A stretch of 64,000 nucleotides of DNA from the NCBI RefSeq assembly GCF_009914755.1, contig NC_060947.1. One strand, 5' to 3'. The notes beneath the pieces are model-generated. The model was not told where the DNA came from. It saw only the letters and a program-made list of their open reading frames with translations, and did no database searches. The stretch comes from the human T2T-CHM13v2.0 reference genome, Homo sapiens. The translations under genes were made by a program, and so were the position numbers. Positions 25,203-44,514 of the stretch are shown here, piece after piece (positions within the stretch are counted from its first letter, which is position 1; the number at the start of each line of letters is the position of its first letter).

Positions 25203-25459
25203 CAGTCATCCCTCAGATATCTGGGGGATTGGTTTCAGATCTCCAGGACCCCCACCATACACACACAATACGCAAATCTGCACACACTCAAGTCACACAG
25301 TTGGCTTGACAAAACCTGGATATATGGAAAGCTGGCCCTCTGTGTATACAAGTTTCACATCCCATGAATACTGTGTTTCAGATCCTGGTTTGGTTGAAAA
25401 CAAATCCGCATATAAATGGACTTATGCAGTTCCAACGTGTGTTGTTCACAGGCCAACTG
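25203..25459 (-). mobile_element. MER8 (Tigger2-derived MITE)
   Basis: cagtcatccctc…gggggattggtttcag…gtgttgttcacaggccaactg; about 250 bp with CAGT..ACTG termini. Confidence 0.8.
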
Positions 25460-25999
25460 TGTATTAATAATAGCAGAAATAGTGATATGCATATAGAAAT
25501 ATACTAATTCTGAAAAGAACTCTATACATTAGGCAGTATTATCTCCATGTAAACAGTGACTACTCTTTCACATAACACAATTTTAAATATATGAAAATAA
25601 GTATTTGCTAACCATTCCCACTTTCTCCAACTATTTCTCATGAAATGATTTCTAAATACTTTATCTCCTTCTTTGGCTTATTCTGAATGTACTAGTTTGG
25701 CGATACTCTTCTAGTGCTGTGGTTCTTAGAAAGAGCCATAGTACTCTAAATAGGGTTAGAACAGCACATAGCTAAATAGGATTTTTTTTCAGTTGCTATC
25801 TTACATTACTAGTGGTATAGACAATGTACACGAGTTGTTTAGTGTATTTATGTGTCTGCTTTAGCAGTCCCAAGTCAATCATCCAGCCTGATTTAATTTT
25901 AATTTCCTTTTATAACCTCAGCCCAGGACTTAGACTACAGTTCACTCTAAATATTCAGTGATAGATTTAAACCCTGTGCTTTCTTCTCCAATGTCTCTG

Positions 26000-26451
26000 A
26001 AGTAGTTTCCAATTTTTGCTGTATAAATTACCACGAACTTGGTGACTTAAAACAACACAAATGTATTGTCTTCCAGTTATGGAAGTCAGAAGTCTAAGGT
26101 AAGTTGGCAAGGCTGTATTTCTTCTGGAGACTACAAAAAAGGATCAAATCTTTGCCTTCTCCAGCTTCTAGAGGCTCCATAAACATCTTGGTTTATAACC
26201 CCACATCACTCTGACCCCTGCTTCCATCATCACATCTTCTTATTGGACTCTAACCTTCTTTCCTCCCTCTTATAAGGACCATTGTCATTACATTGTGCTT
26301 ATCTAGATAGTCTCTGATCATCTCCACATCTCGACATCCTTAACTTAATCACATCTTCAATGTCACTTTTGCCATGTAAGGTAATTATCTTTGCAGTTTT
26401 GGGGGTTTAGGATGTAGATAACTTTCTAGAGCTATTATTTTGCCTACCACA
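26000..26451 (-). mobile_element. MLT1C/D MaLR LTR
   Basis: aaattaccacgaacttggtgacttaaaacaaca…tataaggacc…ttttgccatgtaaggtaa…tgcctaccaca. Confidence 0.8.
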
Positions 26452-26873
26452 ATCTCCTATAACTTGTCTCCTTTCTCATTATGCTTCAGCCACCCTAACT
26501 GTATCATTCAGGGTTTTAAATTAAAAATAACAGGGATGTATGCTGAATAATTAATGAGAAAATGAGCTTATTAAAATAAATTTTTAAAAATTGTTGGAAG
26601 GATTAAAGAATCAGGCTCCAGGCTATACATACAGAAATAGCAGCCAAAATTATCTTCAGAACTGGTGGCATGAGAGAATCACTGCAGCTATTGAGCACTA
26701 AATATGTACCACATCATTTCTGAGCCAGGAACGTAACTTTGCAGCATCATTATGACTGCTAAAGAGAAAAGGCCAATGACCCCTCCCCGGGCCTCTATCT
26801 CTTGAATCAAAATTTCAAATGACTGTGTCTGATTGTTGAAGCCTGAGTCATACTTCCGTACCCTATGTCTAAG

Positions 26874-27427
26874 CGTGTTAGTAAGGGCTTTCCAAAGAAA
26901 CAGGACTAATAAGAGATAGGTGACAGGGAGAGACAGAGAAAGAGAGAGAATGATGAAAGAGGATTTAATTGGGAAATTGGCTCACACAATTGTGGAGACC
27001 AAGAAGTCCCATGATAGCTGCAAGCTAGAGATGCTGGCTCAGTCAAAGTCAGAAGGCCTCAGAACTAGGAAAGCCAATGGTATAACTCCCAGTCCAAGAT
27101 CACAGGCCTGAGAACTCAGGGCAATGCTGGTACAAGTCCTGGGGTCCAAGGGCTGCGGAGCCTGGAGTTGTTGTCCAAGGAAAAGAGAAAGGGTATATCA
27201 CAGCTTCAGCAGATGGATCAAAACATTTATCCTTTCTCTGTGTTTGTTGTCTCAGGGCACTCAGAAGATTGGATGGTACCTGTCTACGTAGAGGGCAGAC
27301 GTTTCTCACCTAGTTCACTCAACTCACAGGATAATCTCTTCTGACACATACCCCAAATATAATGCTTTAACAAATTTCTAGGTATTTTTTAATCCAGTCA
27401 AGTTGACATCTAAAATTAAACATAACA
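26874..27427 (-). mobile_element. MLT2B-type ERVL LTR
   Basis: gttagtaagggctttccaaagaaacag…ggaaattggctcacacaattgtggag…aatccagtcaagttgacatctaaaattaaacataaca. Confidence 0.8.
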
Positions 27428-27508
27428 GCAAGAAAGGCCAAAAAGTTAAATACTTAATATTTCACCTCTTGAAGAAAGAGGCATAAAGAGTTAAAAAGAC
27501 AAGACTTC

Positions 27509-27529
27509 ACTCTATTAAATCTTGCAACT

Positions 27530-27555
<26 letters not shown>
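27509..27555 (+). mobile_element. Ultra-short L1-mediated retrocopy: HERV-W/LTR17-like R end plus poly(A)
   Basis: actctATTAAAtcttgcaactgc plus an A tract, between perfect 16-bp TSDs aaaaagacaagacttc (27493-27508/27556-27571). The left TSD is preceded by TT, giving a TT/AAAA endonuclease site. Confidence 0.8.
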
Positions 27556-27562
<7 letters not shown>

Positions 27563-27649
27563 CAAGACTTCTCAAAACAAAGGAAAGGCTTCAAGATTTC
27601 AGGTTGCCTGAACACATTGCAAATATCTGCATCCACCATAGCTCTCTTT

Positions 27650-28035
27650 CTAAATTATGTTGTTTGGTCCTGAATCAAGACCTTTGTACTTGTAATCACT
27701 TCCTCTCTGAACATTCTTTATGTTCTTCATATGGTTAACTCATTCTCCTTATTCAGATTTCAGCTCAAATCTCCTCTAAGTGGTCCATCTGGCAACATTA
27801 TCTAATGTTCTTCCCTAGTCACCCTCTATCTTTACCTTGTTTTATCTTCTTTATACCACTTACCACTATTTAAATTTAACATAAATTTTACTTGTGGACT
27901 TATTATTGTTATGCATCCCCACTAGACTATAAGTTCCCTGAGAGTAGTGACCATGTCAATTTTATACATCACTATACTCTCATGTTGGCATAGTACCTGG
28001 CACATAGTAAGTTCTCAAAACATACTTGTTGAATT
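27650..28035 (+). mobile_element. L2a 3' end
   Basis: ccactagactataagttccctgagagtag…tagtacctggcacatagtaagttctcaaaacatacttgttgaat. Confidence 0.8.
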
Positions 28036-28044
28036 AAAAAAAAA

Positions 28045-28240
28045 TGTGGTATAGTAGAAGAGGTACATGAATTGAAAGTAAACATACCAAAGTTTGAACC
28101 CTTGCTATACCAAATACAAACTATGTGACCTAAATTAAGTGATTTAACATATTTGGACATTTAATTTCTCATCTGTAAATAATAATGATGATAATAATAA
28201 TGACAGAAACATCATTTTGAAAAAAAAATGTGTAAAGTCC
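28045..28240 (+). mobile_element. MIR SINE
   Basis: gtggtatagtagaagag…ctatgtgacc…ttctcatctgtaaat. Confidence 0.65.
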
Positions 28241-28345
28241 TAGATCATTGCAGTAGAGAAGTTTGTAAAAGTTATCACTGATTCAGTAATTAATACTAAA
28301 AAGAGACTATGAGGATATATGTATATATACACATACATACATACA

Positions 28346-29066
28346 CAGTTGAACCTAGAACAACAAACAACATGGGTTTGAATTGCATGGACCCATTTAT
28401 ACATGGATTTCTTCCACCTTAGCCACCCCTGAGACAGTAAGACCAACTCCTCTTCCTCCTCCTACTCAGCCTACTCAGTGTGAAGACAACAAGGTCGAAG
28501 ATCTTTATTGTGATCCACTTCCACTTTATATGAAGATCTTTACTGTGACCCACATTTACTGAATAGTAAATATATTTTCACCTTCTTATGATTGTCTTGA
28601 TAACTTTTTCTTTTCTTTAGCTTACTTTATGGTAAGCATATAGTATATAATACATACAACATACAAAATACGTGTTAACTGTTTATGTTATCGATAAAGT
28701 TTCTGGTCAACGGTATACTATTAGTAGTAATTTTTCAGGGAGCCAAAATTTATATACAGATTTTTTTTCTTGTTATATTTATTTATTTTAGATGTGCAGA
28801 ATGTGCAGGTTTGTTGCATAGGTATACGTGTGCTGTGGTGGTTTGCTGCACCTACTGGACCCATCCTTTAAGTCGCCTCCCCTCAACCCCCACCCCACAA
28901 CAGTCCCTGGTGTGTTGTTCCCCTCTCTGTGCCCATGTGTTCCCAATGTTCTCCTCCCACATATGAGTGACAACATGTGGTATTTGGTTTTCTGTTCCTA
29001 TACACAGATTTTTGAATGTGCAGGAAGTCAGTGCCCCTAACCTCTGCATTGCTTAAGAGTCAACTT
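28346..29066 (+). mobile_element. Tigger2a DNA transposon split by an L1PA 3' end
   Basis: cagttgaacctagaacaac…gccacccctgagacagtaagacc…cccctaacctctgcattgcttaagagtcaact. Confidence 0.88.
28766..28998 (-). mobile_element. Short L1PA8-like 3' end
   Basis: gatgtgcagaatgtgcaggtttgttgcataggtatacg…tatttggttttctgttcc; TSD tata(t/c)acagattttt (28751-28765/28999-29013). Confidence 0.85.
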
Positions 29067-29101
29067 TATAATATATACATATGTATAGGTATGTATGTAA
29101 A

Positions 29102-29335
29102 ATGCATATACTTATGAATTTTATATATAATTGTGCATAATCAGCAAAGGGAGTTTCTTCTGAATATCAACTGAGCATAATATACAATATTACGAATATA
29201 AATATATATATCATTTTCTTTCAATAACATTAGAGCTATGTGGTTTTCAAAAAATGCAGAAGTAATGAAACACACATATCTTAGAAATTAACTTTAATCA
29301 TACACAAATAAGCCTGATATTAGTTCAACTGGGTA
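29102..29335 (+). repeat. ~230-bp dispersed direct repeat, copy 1 (copy 2 at about 33645-33957)
   Basis: Shared ordered blocks atcag.aaagggagtttctt, gcataatata, ttttcaaaaa and ttag.aattaactttaatcata.acaaata…tcaactgggta. Confidence 0.8.
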
Positions 29336-30762
29336 TATATTATACACGTATGTATATACAAATATTAAGAATGTATATATATGTACACATAAGTTTCTAC
29401 AAATATTAAGAATAAGGGAGATGAGGAAGAGGACAAGGAGAAGAAAATAAAAAGGACTAGCAGCAGAAAATACTTGGCAATGGACAAGGGACACAGAATA
29501 TGACAATTTCACATACTACTTATGGTCGTTATGAAGGAGATCATTACTATGAAAAGTAATTTGTCAGTGTCTACTCAAAGTCAAAAATTTAGTCCAGCAA
29601 TTCTCTTTGTAGGAATTTATGCTAAGTATATAAGAAAAGATATATGCAAAACTTTATAGCATTGCTCCTCAAAGCACTGATTATAATATTGAAAATTATT
29701 TAAATAAATGCTATATATTAATGCAATAGGGATGCCTATGTTTCAAAAAATCAAGTGATATAAAAATATATCTTCATATGTTATTTTAGCAGCATTATTG
29801 AGATATAATTTACATACAATCCAATTTATTCAATGAGTACAATTCAATTATTTTTTGTATATTTACAGTTGTGCAGTATTTACCACAATCAGTTTTAGAA
29901 TATTTTATCACTTATAAGAGAAACACCATACCCATTAGCAGTTATTCCTTATTCTTACCTTCCTCCAGTCGTTGGCAATTACTAATTTAGTTTCTGTCAC
30001 TATGTATATATTCTGGAAATTATGTATAAATAGATAATCTATAGACTTTTATAGTGAGGACTTTTGCGTCTGAGTTCTTTCATTTAGAATAACGTTTTTA
30101 AAGATCATCTGTGTTATAGCATTCCTTTCCCTTTATTCCTTTTTTATTTCCAAATAATATTCCATTGTATGGATATATCACTTTTTCTTTACCATTAATG
30201 TGTTGCTGGACATTTGGGTTGTTTCCACATTTTTGGATACTATGAATAATGCTTTTATGAACATTCTTGCACACGTTTTTGTATAAACATGTGTTTTTAA
30301 TTTTGGAGATATAATACCTGTGAGTAAAATTGTTGGGTCATATGATGATTCTATATTTCATTTATTGAGGAACCATCAAAATGTTTTCCTCAGCAGCCGC
30401 ATCATATTACATCCACATGACCTATGTAAGAAAGTTTCCATTTCTCCATACCCTGGCCCACACTTATTATCTGTCTTTTTGATCATCACCATATTAGGTG
30501 AAGTGAAGTGTTATTGTGACCTTGATTTGCATTTCCTTAATGATCAGCATTGCATATTTTTTCACATGCTTGTTAGATACCTGCATGTCTGCTTTAGAGA
30601 AATATTTGTTCAGATTATTTGCCAATTTTCCAAGTAAGTTATTTTTCTTTTTATGACTGAGGTATAACAGTCATATATTCTGAATAACAATTCCTTATCA
30701 GATATATCATTTGCAAATATTTTCTACAATTCTGTGGGTTTCATTTTAATTTTTACAATAGT

Positions 30763-31024
30763 ATTTTTTTAATTTTTAATTTTTGCAAATAGTAGTTATA
30801 TGTATTTATGGGCTACATGAGCTACTTTGATACAGGAATGCAATACAAGCTAATTACACCAAGGCAAATAGGGTATCTATTACCTCAAGCATGTATCCTT
30901 TATATTTCAAACAATCTAATTATACTTTTAGTTATTATAAGATGAACAATTAAATTATTTTGTACTATAGTCACCATGCTGTGCTAGCAAATACTAGGTC
31001 TTATTTATTTTTTCTATTTTTTGT
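30763..31024 (-). mobile_element. L1MA2/3-type short 3' end
   Basis: tatttatgggctacatgag…tttgatacagg…cctcaagcat…tatagtcaccatgctgtgctagcaaatactaggtctt. Confidence 0.75.
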
Positions 31025-31664
31025 GGATGGGGTTCTCTAAAGCAAACTTTATTTTAATTTGGATGAAGTCCAATTCATTACTTTATTTTGCTTTTGTACT
31101 TGGGGTGGGATAGCTAAGAAATCTTTGCCTAGCTCAAGGACACAAAGATTCACACCTATGTTTTCTTATGATAGTTTTATAGTCTTAGCTTTTACATGTA
31201 GTTCATCAATCCATTTTGTGTTTATTTTTGCCTATGGTGTACATAAGTGTCCAAATCTATTTTTTTCTGCATATGAATATCTAGCTATTACAGCATTTAT
31301 TTGCTGAAGAAAACAATTATTTCTTCATTATTTTATTTTGGCATGCTTGTTGAAATTCTGTTTACTCTAAAACATGAGAATTTATTTCTGGACTCTAAAT
31401 TCTATTCCATTGGTCTATATGTCTATTGTTATTCCAGTACCACACTGTTTGGATGACTGTAGTTTTCTGCTAAATTTGGGAAATACAAAGTGTGAGACTT
31501 CCAAATATGTTTTTCTTTTTCAAGATTATTTTGGATATTCTGAGTCTCTTGAATTTCCATATTAATTTTATCATTGGTTTTCCAATCTCTGCAAAAAGAA
31601 AAGGAGTTGGAATTTTGATAATGATTACATTGAATCTGTGGATCAATTTCAGAAATATTGCCAT

Positions 31665-32033
31665 TGTATTAGTCCATTTTCATATTGCTATGAAGAAATA
31701 CTCAGGACTGGGTAATTTATAAAGAAAAAGAGGTTTATTGGACTCACAGCTCCACTTTGCTGAGGAGGCCTCATAATCATGGCAGAAGGCGGAGGAGCAA
31801 AGGCATGTCTTACACGGCAGCAGGATAGAGAGTGTGTGCAGGGGAATTGCCGTTTATGAGACAATCGGATCTCATGAGGCTTATTCACTGTCACAAAGAC
31901 AGCATGGGAAAAACCCACCCCCATGATTTGATTACCTTCTACTGGGTCCCTCCAGTGACATAATTCCTCCTAGGAATTATGGGAGCTACGATTCAAGATG
32001 AGATTTGGTTGGGAACACAGTCAAATCATATCA
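31665..32033 (-). mobile_element. THE1C-like MaLR solo LTR
   Basis: tgtattagtccattttcatattgctatgaagaaatac…aaatcatatca; TSD gccat/gtcat (31660-31664/32034-32038). Confidence 0.9.
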
Positions 32034-33742
32034 GTCATTTTGTCAATAGTGTTTCCATCCATGAACATGGATATATTTCCATTTATTTAAGTCTCATTAA
32101 ATTTATTTCAATAATATTTTACAATTTTCAGTGTACAAATGTTGCAATTTTTGGTTAAATTTATTTCCAAACATTTGATTCTTTTTGATGCCTTCTTAAG
32201 TGTAATTATTTCTTAATTTCCTTTTGGATTGGGCTTGTGTATTGAAGTAAAACTCACTTTTTAAATTTGATCTTGTATCTTTCAACCTTGTTGAGCTGAC
32301 ATATTAGCTTGAATAGTTTGTGTTTGTATATTTCTTATAGTTTTCTATATAGAAGATCATGTTATCTGTAAATAAAGATTTACTTCTTTCTTTCCAATCT
32401 GGATACATTTTACCTGATTTCATTTTATTGCCTAATTTTTCTGGCTAAAGCATTTAGCAAGATGTTGACTCAAAGAGGTGTGAATGAATATCTTTGTCCT
32501 CTTCCTAAAGTTAGGTGGAAAGCTTTTAGTTTTTTACCATTAAGTATGATATTAGCTCTGTGTTTCATGACAAAAACACTCAGCAAACTAGGAATATCAG
32601 AGAACTTTCTTAGCCTTATATATTTTCAGTATCTATTATATTGATAATCTTTGTTATCAGTTATTGATATTATGAATTATATTAATGATTTTTAAAATAT
32701 TAAATGATTACTACAATCTTCGGATTAACACTTCATGGTCAATATATATTATTTTCAATATAATGCTGAATTCAACTACCAGTATATTATATTGAATTTA
32801 TGTATCTCTATTTTATAAATAAAATTCAGCTGTTGTTTGCATTTTTCTATGTTTCATACAAACTGTATCAAGATTATACTATCTCCATAGGATGTACTGA
32901 AACAATTTGCTTTTTTCTTTATGTTCTAAAACAGATTAATAGCATAAAAAGTATATATTATTAGAAGAAATAAAATTACTCAGAGATAACTTTTTATTAG
33001 ACCAGGGTTCTTTAGGAGGAAATATACTTTTACCCTTGAAATTTTTATTTCCTTTTTTTTTAATCATTCCAGATTTTCTATTTTCTTCTGACATCATTTT
33101 GGAAATTTATATTTTCTTAGTAAATTATCAGTTTCATGAATATTTTCTAAGTTTGTCACTTACTTACAATTTTTATTCTTCAGACATCTAATTTTTTCTT
33201 CATTTTTGGTTTGTTTTATCTTCTATTAGATTTATCTGTGCTGGATTTATTCCTCTCTATTTTATGGTCTTCAATTCATTTGTCAATTTTTATAATTTAT
33301 ATCTTTACTGAAATAAAAGAAATTTGGATTTTATGTAAGATTATAAATTTGTAGAGGGATAATAATCTAATTTGTCTTTACTAATCAGGTCAATATGAAA
33401 TGTACTTGATTGTTCAGTACTTGAAGTCACAACCAAAGCACAAAGTGTCTGATTATAATGAACTCTAATTTCAGACAAAGTATCCAATAGGAAATTACAA
33501 GGATTTGTTATTTCTCAGCATCAAATTCTGAAGACTAAAATAAGATTCATTATCAACACTGTTGTTTTTCTATATTGAAAGTAACTAGCTATTTTTCTTT
33601 GAACATCAATATTTTTAAAAGATCTTTTTGTATTTTGACTGAAGATGCATATAATTAAACTTACTAATTTTATTACATGTGGATATTTATGTCTAATCAG
33701 AAAAGGGAGTTTCTTTTAAATATCTATTGGGCATAATATAGC

Positions 33743-33789
<47 letters not shown>
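33743..33789. repeat. (AGAT)11 microsatellite
   Basis: Perfect tetranucleotide run. Confidence 0.95.
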
Positions 33790-34502
33790 AATATATATCT
33801 AGATTCATTTGTCTATTTATCTGTATATATCCATTTTCATTTCATAATGTTAGTTTCACTTGTTTTTCAAAAAGTAGAGAGGGAATAAAACAAGCATACC
33901 CCTTAGCAATTAACTTTAATCATATACAAATAAAACTGACATGATGTCAACTGGGTAGGCACTTGAGTAGATAAATCTTGCCTTCTCAACTAAATTATTA
34001 CTCTAATAATAGCTGTTGCTGCAGAACTTGCCACTGTGTGCTTGAATTTTTAGATTTCCTGTAGTGTCAGCAAAAAGCAGATTACTAAACCTTGAAAAAA
34101 AATTTCATGTGTGATTTGAAGGGGATTTAATTTTGTTATTTTAACCAGTGCTTGGCAGCACAGCAAAGAGGTTAACATTCAAATATGAGAATTACTAAAG
34201 ACCATCTGGGTTTTATTTTCCTAATATATGGTTATTGTAATTTATTTCTTGTGGAGTGCAGACCCATATTAGTTATTCCAAAGAGTTGAGCCTTACTTTG
34301 TTTTAAAAATCATGAGGGAGGTTGATTTCTGGGGCTGATCATGGGTTGAATTTTATACGAAATATTAAAAATGATAGAATTATGTTTAAGTGTAATAAAT
34401 TTATCACTTGTGACAAAAATCTGAAACAACACATCATTTATAAATGGACATACAAGACAAATTACTGAGATAACAAATTATTTTGAAACTTTTTTGTCAA
34501 AA

Positions 34503-34612
34503 CCAATGTTTCCTAAACTGTTGTAAAAAAAAAAAAACAAAAAAACAAAAAACCTATATCAGAATGACTTAAGAGCTTGCTAAAATTGCAGAATCCTGGG
34601 ACCTATCTCATA
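34503..34612. mobile_element. MER5-like hAT fragment
   Basis: caatgtttcctaaactg…atcagaatgacttaagagcttgctaaaattgcagaatcctgggacc. Confidence 0.6.
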
Positions 34613-34621
34613 CTTGGGCAA

Positions 34622-34678
34622 TGATAATAGTTTGGATGTTTGTCCCTGCCCAAATCTTCTAATACACTGTAATCCCCA
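34622..34678 (+). mobile_element. 5' stub of an MST LTR
   Basis: tgataatagtttggatgtttgtccctgcccaaatct…tgtaatcccca. Confidence 0.65.
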
Positions 34679-34680
34679 GG

Positions 34681-41807
<7,127 letters not shown>

Positions 41808-41864
41808 TCCTTGCCTAGTCCTTCCTTCAGCATTAACCCCTAATGTGTTGTCAATTCCTGATGA

Positions 41865-44170
41865 TATTATTCAAGGAACCAAATTATATTGAGCCAGCCA
41901 CATTGTTAGGAATTAGGGATAACATAAAATTAAGTCATAAATCTTGTTCATAAGAAGTGTTGCCTTGTCATAGAGGTATTCATGAGAACAGACAACTTTA
42001 ATAAAATAATGCTTTTTATAGATAGAATGTGCCCTGCAGCCTACGGAAGGCTCAAGTAGTGTTGCCTAACCCATTCTAGGGAATAAATGCAAGGTAGTTA
42101 GCCAGAGGAGATTATCACACTTTGTCCTAAAGAAAGAGAATGAATAAACTACGCTAAAACTTAGGGCAATGGCATTCAAAGAGGAAGAAATATTATAAGC
42201 AAAAGAATATTGGCAAAATGGGGTTGTGATTGGGGATATATAAGGTTAACCTTTGTTCAGATATTCAGTGAGATATTGGTAATCAAGAAGTATTTCTTGA
42301 AGCATAGTTAAGGACAAGGTCATAGAAATTGTTTATACAGAGTAAAATATTTGGCCTTTATCCTGAGGGACATAAATATTCACTGACACCAAATGCACAG
42401 GCAACAAAAGCAAAAATAAACAAATAGGATTGCATCAAACTAAAAAGCTTCTGTACATTCAAGTAAACAATCAACAGAGTAAAAAGGCACCTACAGAGTA
42501 GGAGAGAATATTTGCAATCCATACAGTTAATTAGGGGTTGATATCAAAAATATATTTAAAAAAACATGCAACTCAAAATGGCAAAAAACACACACAACTA
42601 ACCTGATTTTAAAATGGGAAAAGTACTTGCATAGACATTTTTAAATAAGATACACAAACAGTCCACAGGTATATGAAAAGGTGCTCAACTTCCCAGTTAT
42701 CAGTGAAGCATGAAGTCAAAATCACAATAAAATATCTCTTTAAGTGTGGTAGGATGAACATTATTAAAAAAAGAAAAATAAAAAGAACACATTTGGGTGA
42801 GGATGTGGAAAAAAACAGAGCCCTTGTACACTCCTGGTGCAAATGTAAATTGGCACTGACATTACAGAAAACAATATCGTGGAGTCTCAGAAAAATAAAA
42901 ATAAAACTGCCACATTATTCAGCAATCTTTTTAGGTATATATGCCAAAGAAATAAAGTTAGTATTTTGAAGACATATTTGAACTCTCATGTTCATTGTAA
43001 AATTATTTACAATAGCCAAGATATGAAAACAACTTGAGTCCCTTAAAAATGGATAAAGAAAATCTGGTGTATATACACAGAAGAATATTATTCAGTCTTA
43101 AAAATTAGAAAATCCTGCCATTTGTGATGACATGAATGAACCTGGAGGGCATTATGCTAAATGGAATAAGCCAGATGCAGAAAGACGTATACTTATACAT
43201 ATACCTGATCTCACTTATATGTGGAATCTGAAAATGTCAAATTCATAGAAATAGATTGTATAATGGTGGTTATCAGTGGTTGGGGTAGGGGGATATGAAA
43301 ATATATTGTTCAAGGAAAATAAAGTTTCAGTTACGCAAGATTAATAAGCATTGAAACCTAAGGTACAACATGTGTCTATAATTAACTATATTTTATTTTA
43401 TACTTGAAATTTCCTAAGAGGGTAGGTATTTAATGTTCTCACTACACAACAATAAATGGTAAGTATGTGAGATGATGAACATGTTAATTAGCTTGATTGT
43501 GGTGGATATTTCACAGTGCATACATATAACAAATCATCAAGTTTTACAACTTATATATAATTTTTAACTATCAACTATACTTACAAACAGTTGGGGAAAA
43601 ATAATCCAAATGAGAGAGAAATCTGAGGAATAGTTTAAAAAGATGTAGAAGTTGTGCAAACTTAAGAAACACCAAAGAGGTTAAATTATCAGGTAAAAAT
43701 TACAGTTTGAATATAGAATATGAGTGTAACTCCTAGGTTTCTAGAATGAGTAACCAAGGAGAATGATATATCACAATATGAGATAAGGTATATAGAGTAA
43801 GGAGCTTGTTTGTTGAGTATAGCATATGAGTTCCATAAATAACATATTTAAGTATGAGTGCTTATTGGAAATTTTGAATAGAAATGCTAGATAGAAAGTT
43901 GGCTATATAAGTATGGTACCAAGAAGAAATATCTGCATGAGAAATACAGGTTTTCAAGTCATCTATATGTAGGTGGCTATCAAATCTATGAGGGTAAATG
44001 AGATAATACAGGGAAGAGCATATAAGGTAAAATGATCTGAACAGAAGACAGAACCCTGGAAAACACCAATATTTAAGAGATTGGACTAAGAAGTGGAGCC
44101 CAGGAAGAAGGCAGGTAAAAAAGGACAGTGAGCTACAGGAAAGCCAGGAAAATAGTAATAAAGTAGTTAA
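41865..44170 (-). mobile_element. L2 remnants flanking an L1MA8-like insertion
   Basis: tattcaaggaacc…cattgttagg and ttggcctttatcctgagggaca. It resumes at 43680-44170 (gtggctatcaaatctatgagggtaaatgagat, gacagaaccctggaaaacaccaatatttaag). Confidence 0.55.
42383..43602 (+). mobile_element. 5'-truncated L1MA8-like LINE-1
   Basis: gacaccaaatgcacaggcaacaaaagc…aaagtttcagttacgcaagattaataag…atgttaattagcttgattgtggt…ttggggaaaaa. Confidence 0.85.
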
Positions 44171-44407
44171 TAACATGAAATTTCTTTTAAGAGAAGTATT
44201 ACAGATAATAAATCTATATGCATATTACCATACTAAAAGCCCCAAAAAAGAATGAATGTGGAGAATTGTATTTAAATTTGTTTGACACTGACTTGGAAAA
44301 TGCAGATGTACAAAATTAAGTATTAATTCATGCTTTATTTATATTAGAAACATGATATTTGTTATTGTCCCATCAACTCTTTCTCAGAGGAACAATATTA
44401 AGCAATA

Positions 44408-44514
44408 CAGTGGTTCTCTTGCATAATTTTGTCTCCAAGGAGACATTTCACATTGTATCTAGACATTTTTCTATTTCACAGCTGAGATAAGGCTGCTACT
44501 GACACATATGTAGA
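44408..44514 (+). mobile_element. MER20-like fragment
   Basis: cagtggttctc…aattttgtctccaaggagacattt…agacattttt…tgctactgaca. Confidence 0.6.

Larger units (their letters stand above)
29780..32620 (-). mobile_element. L1MB-type LINE-1 (3' ~2 kb) with nested L1MA and THE1C and an inverted 5' tip
   Basis: The antisense 3' end reads ttattgagatataatttacatacaat…. ORF2 motifs run to 32563, followed by a sense-oriented ORF2 piece at 32564-32620. Confidence 0.8.
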
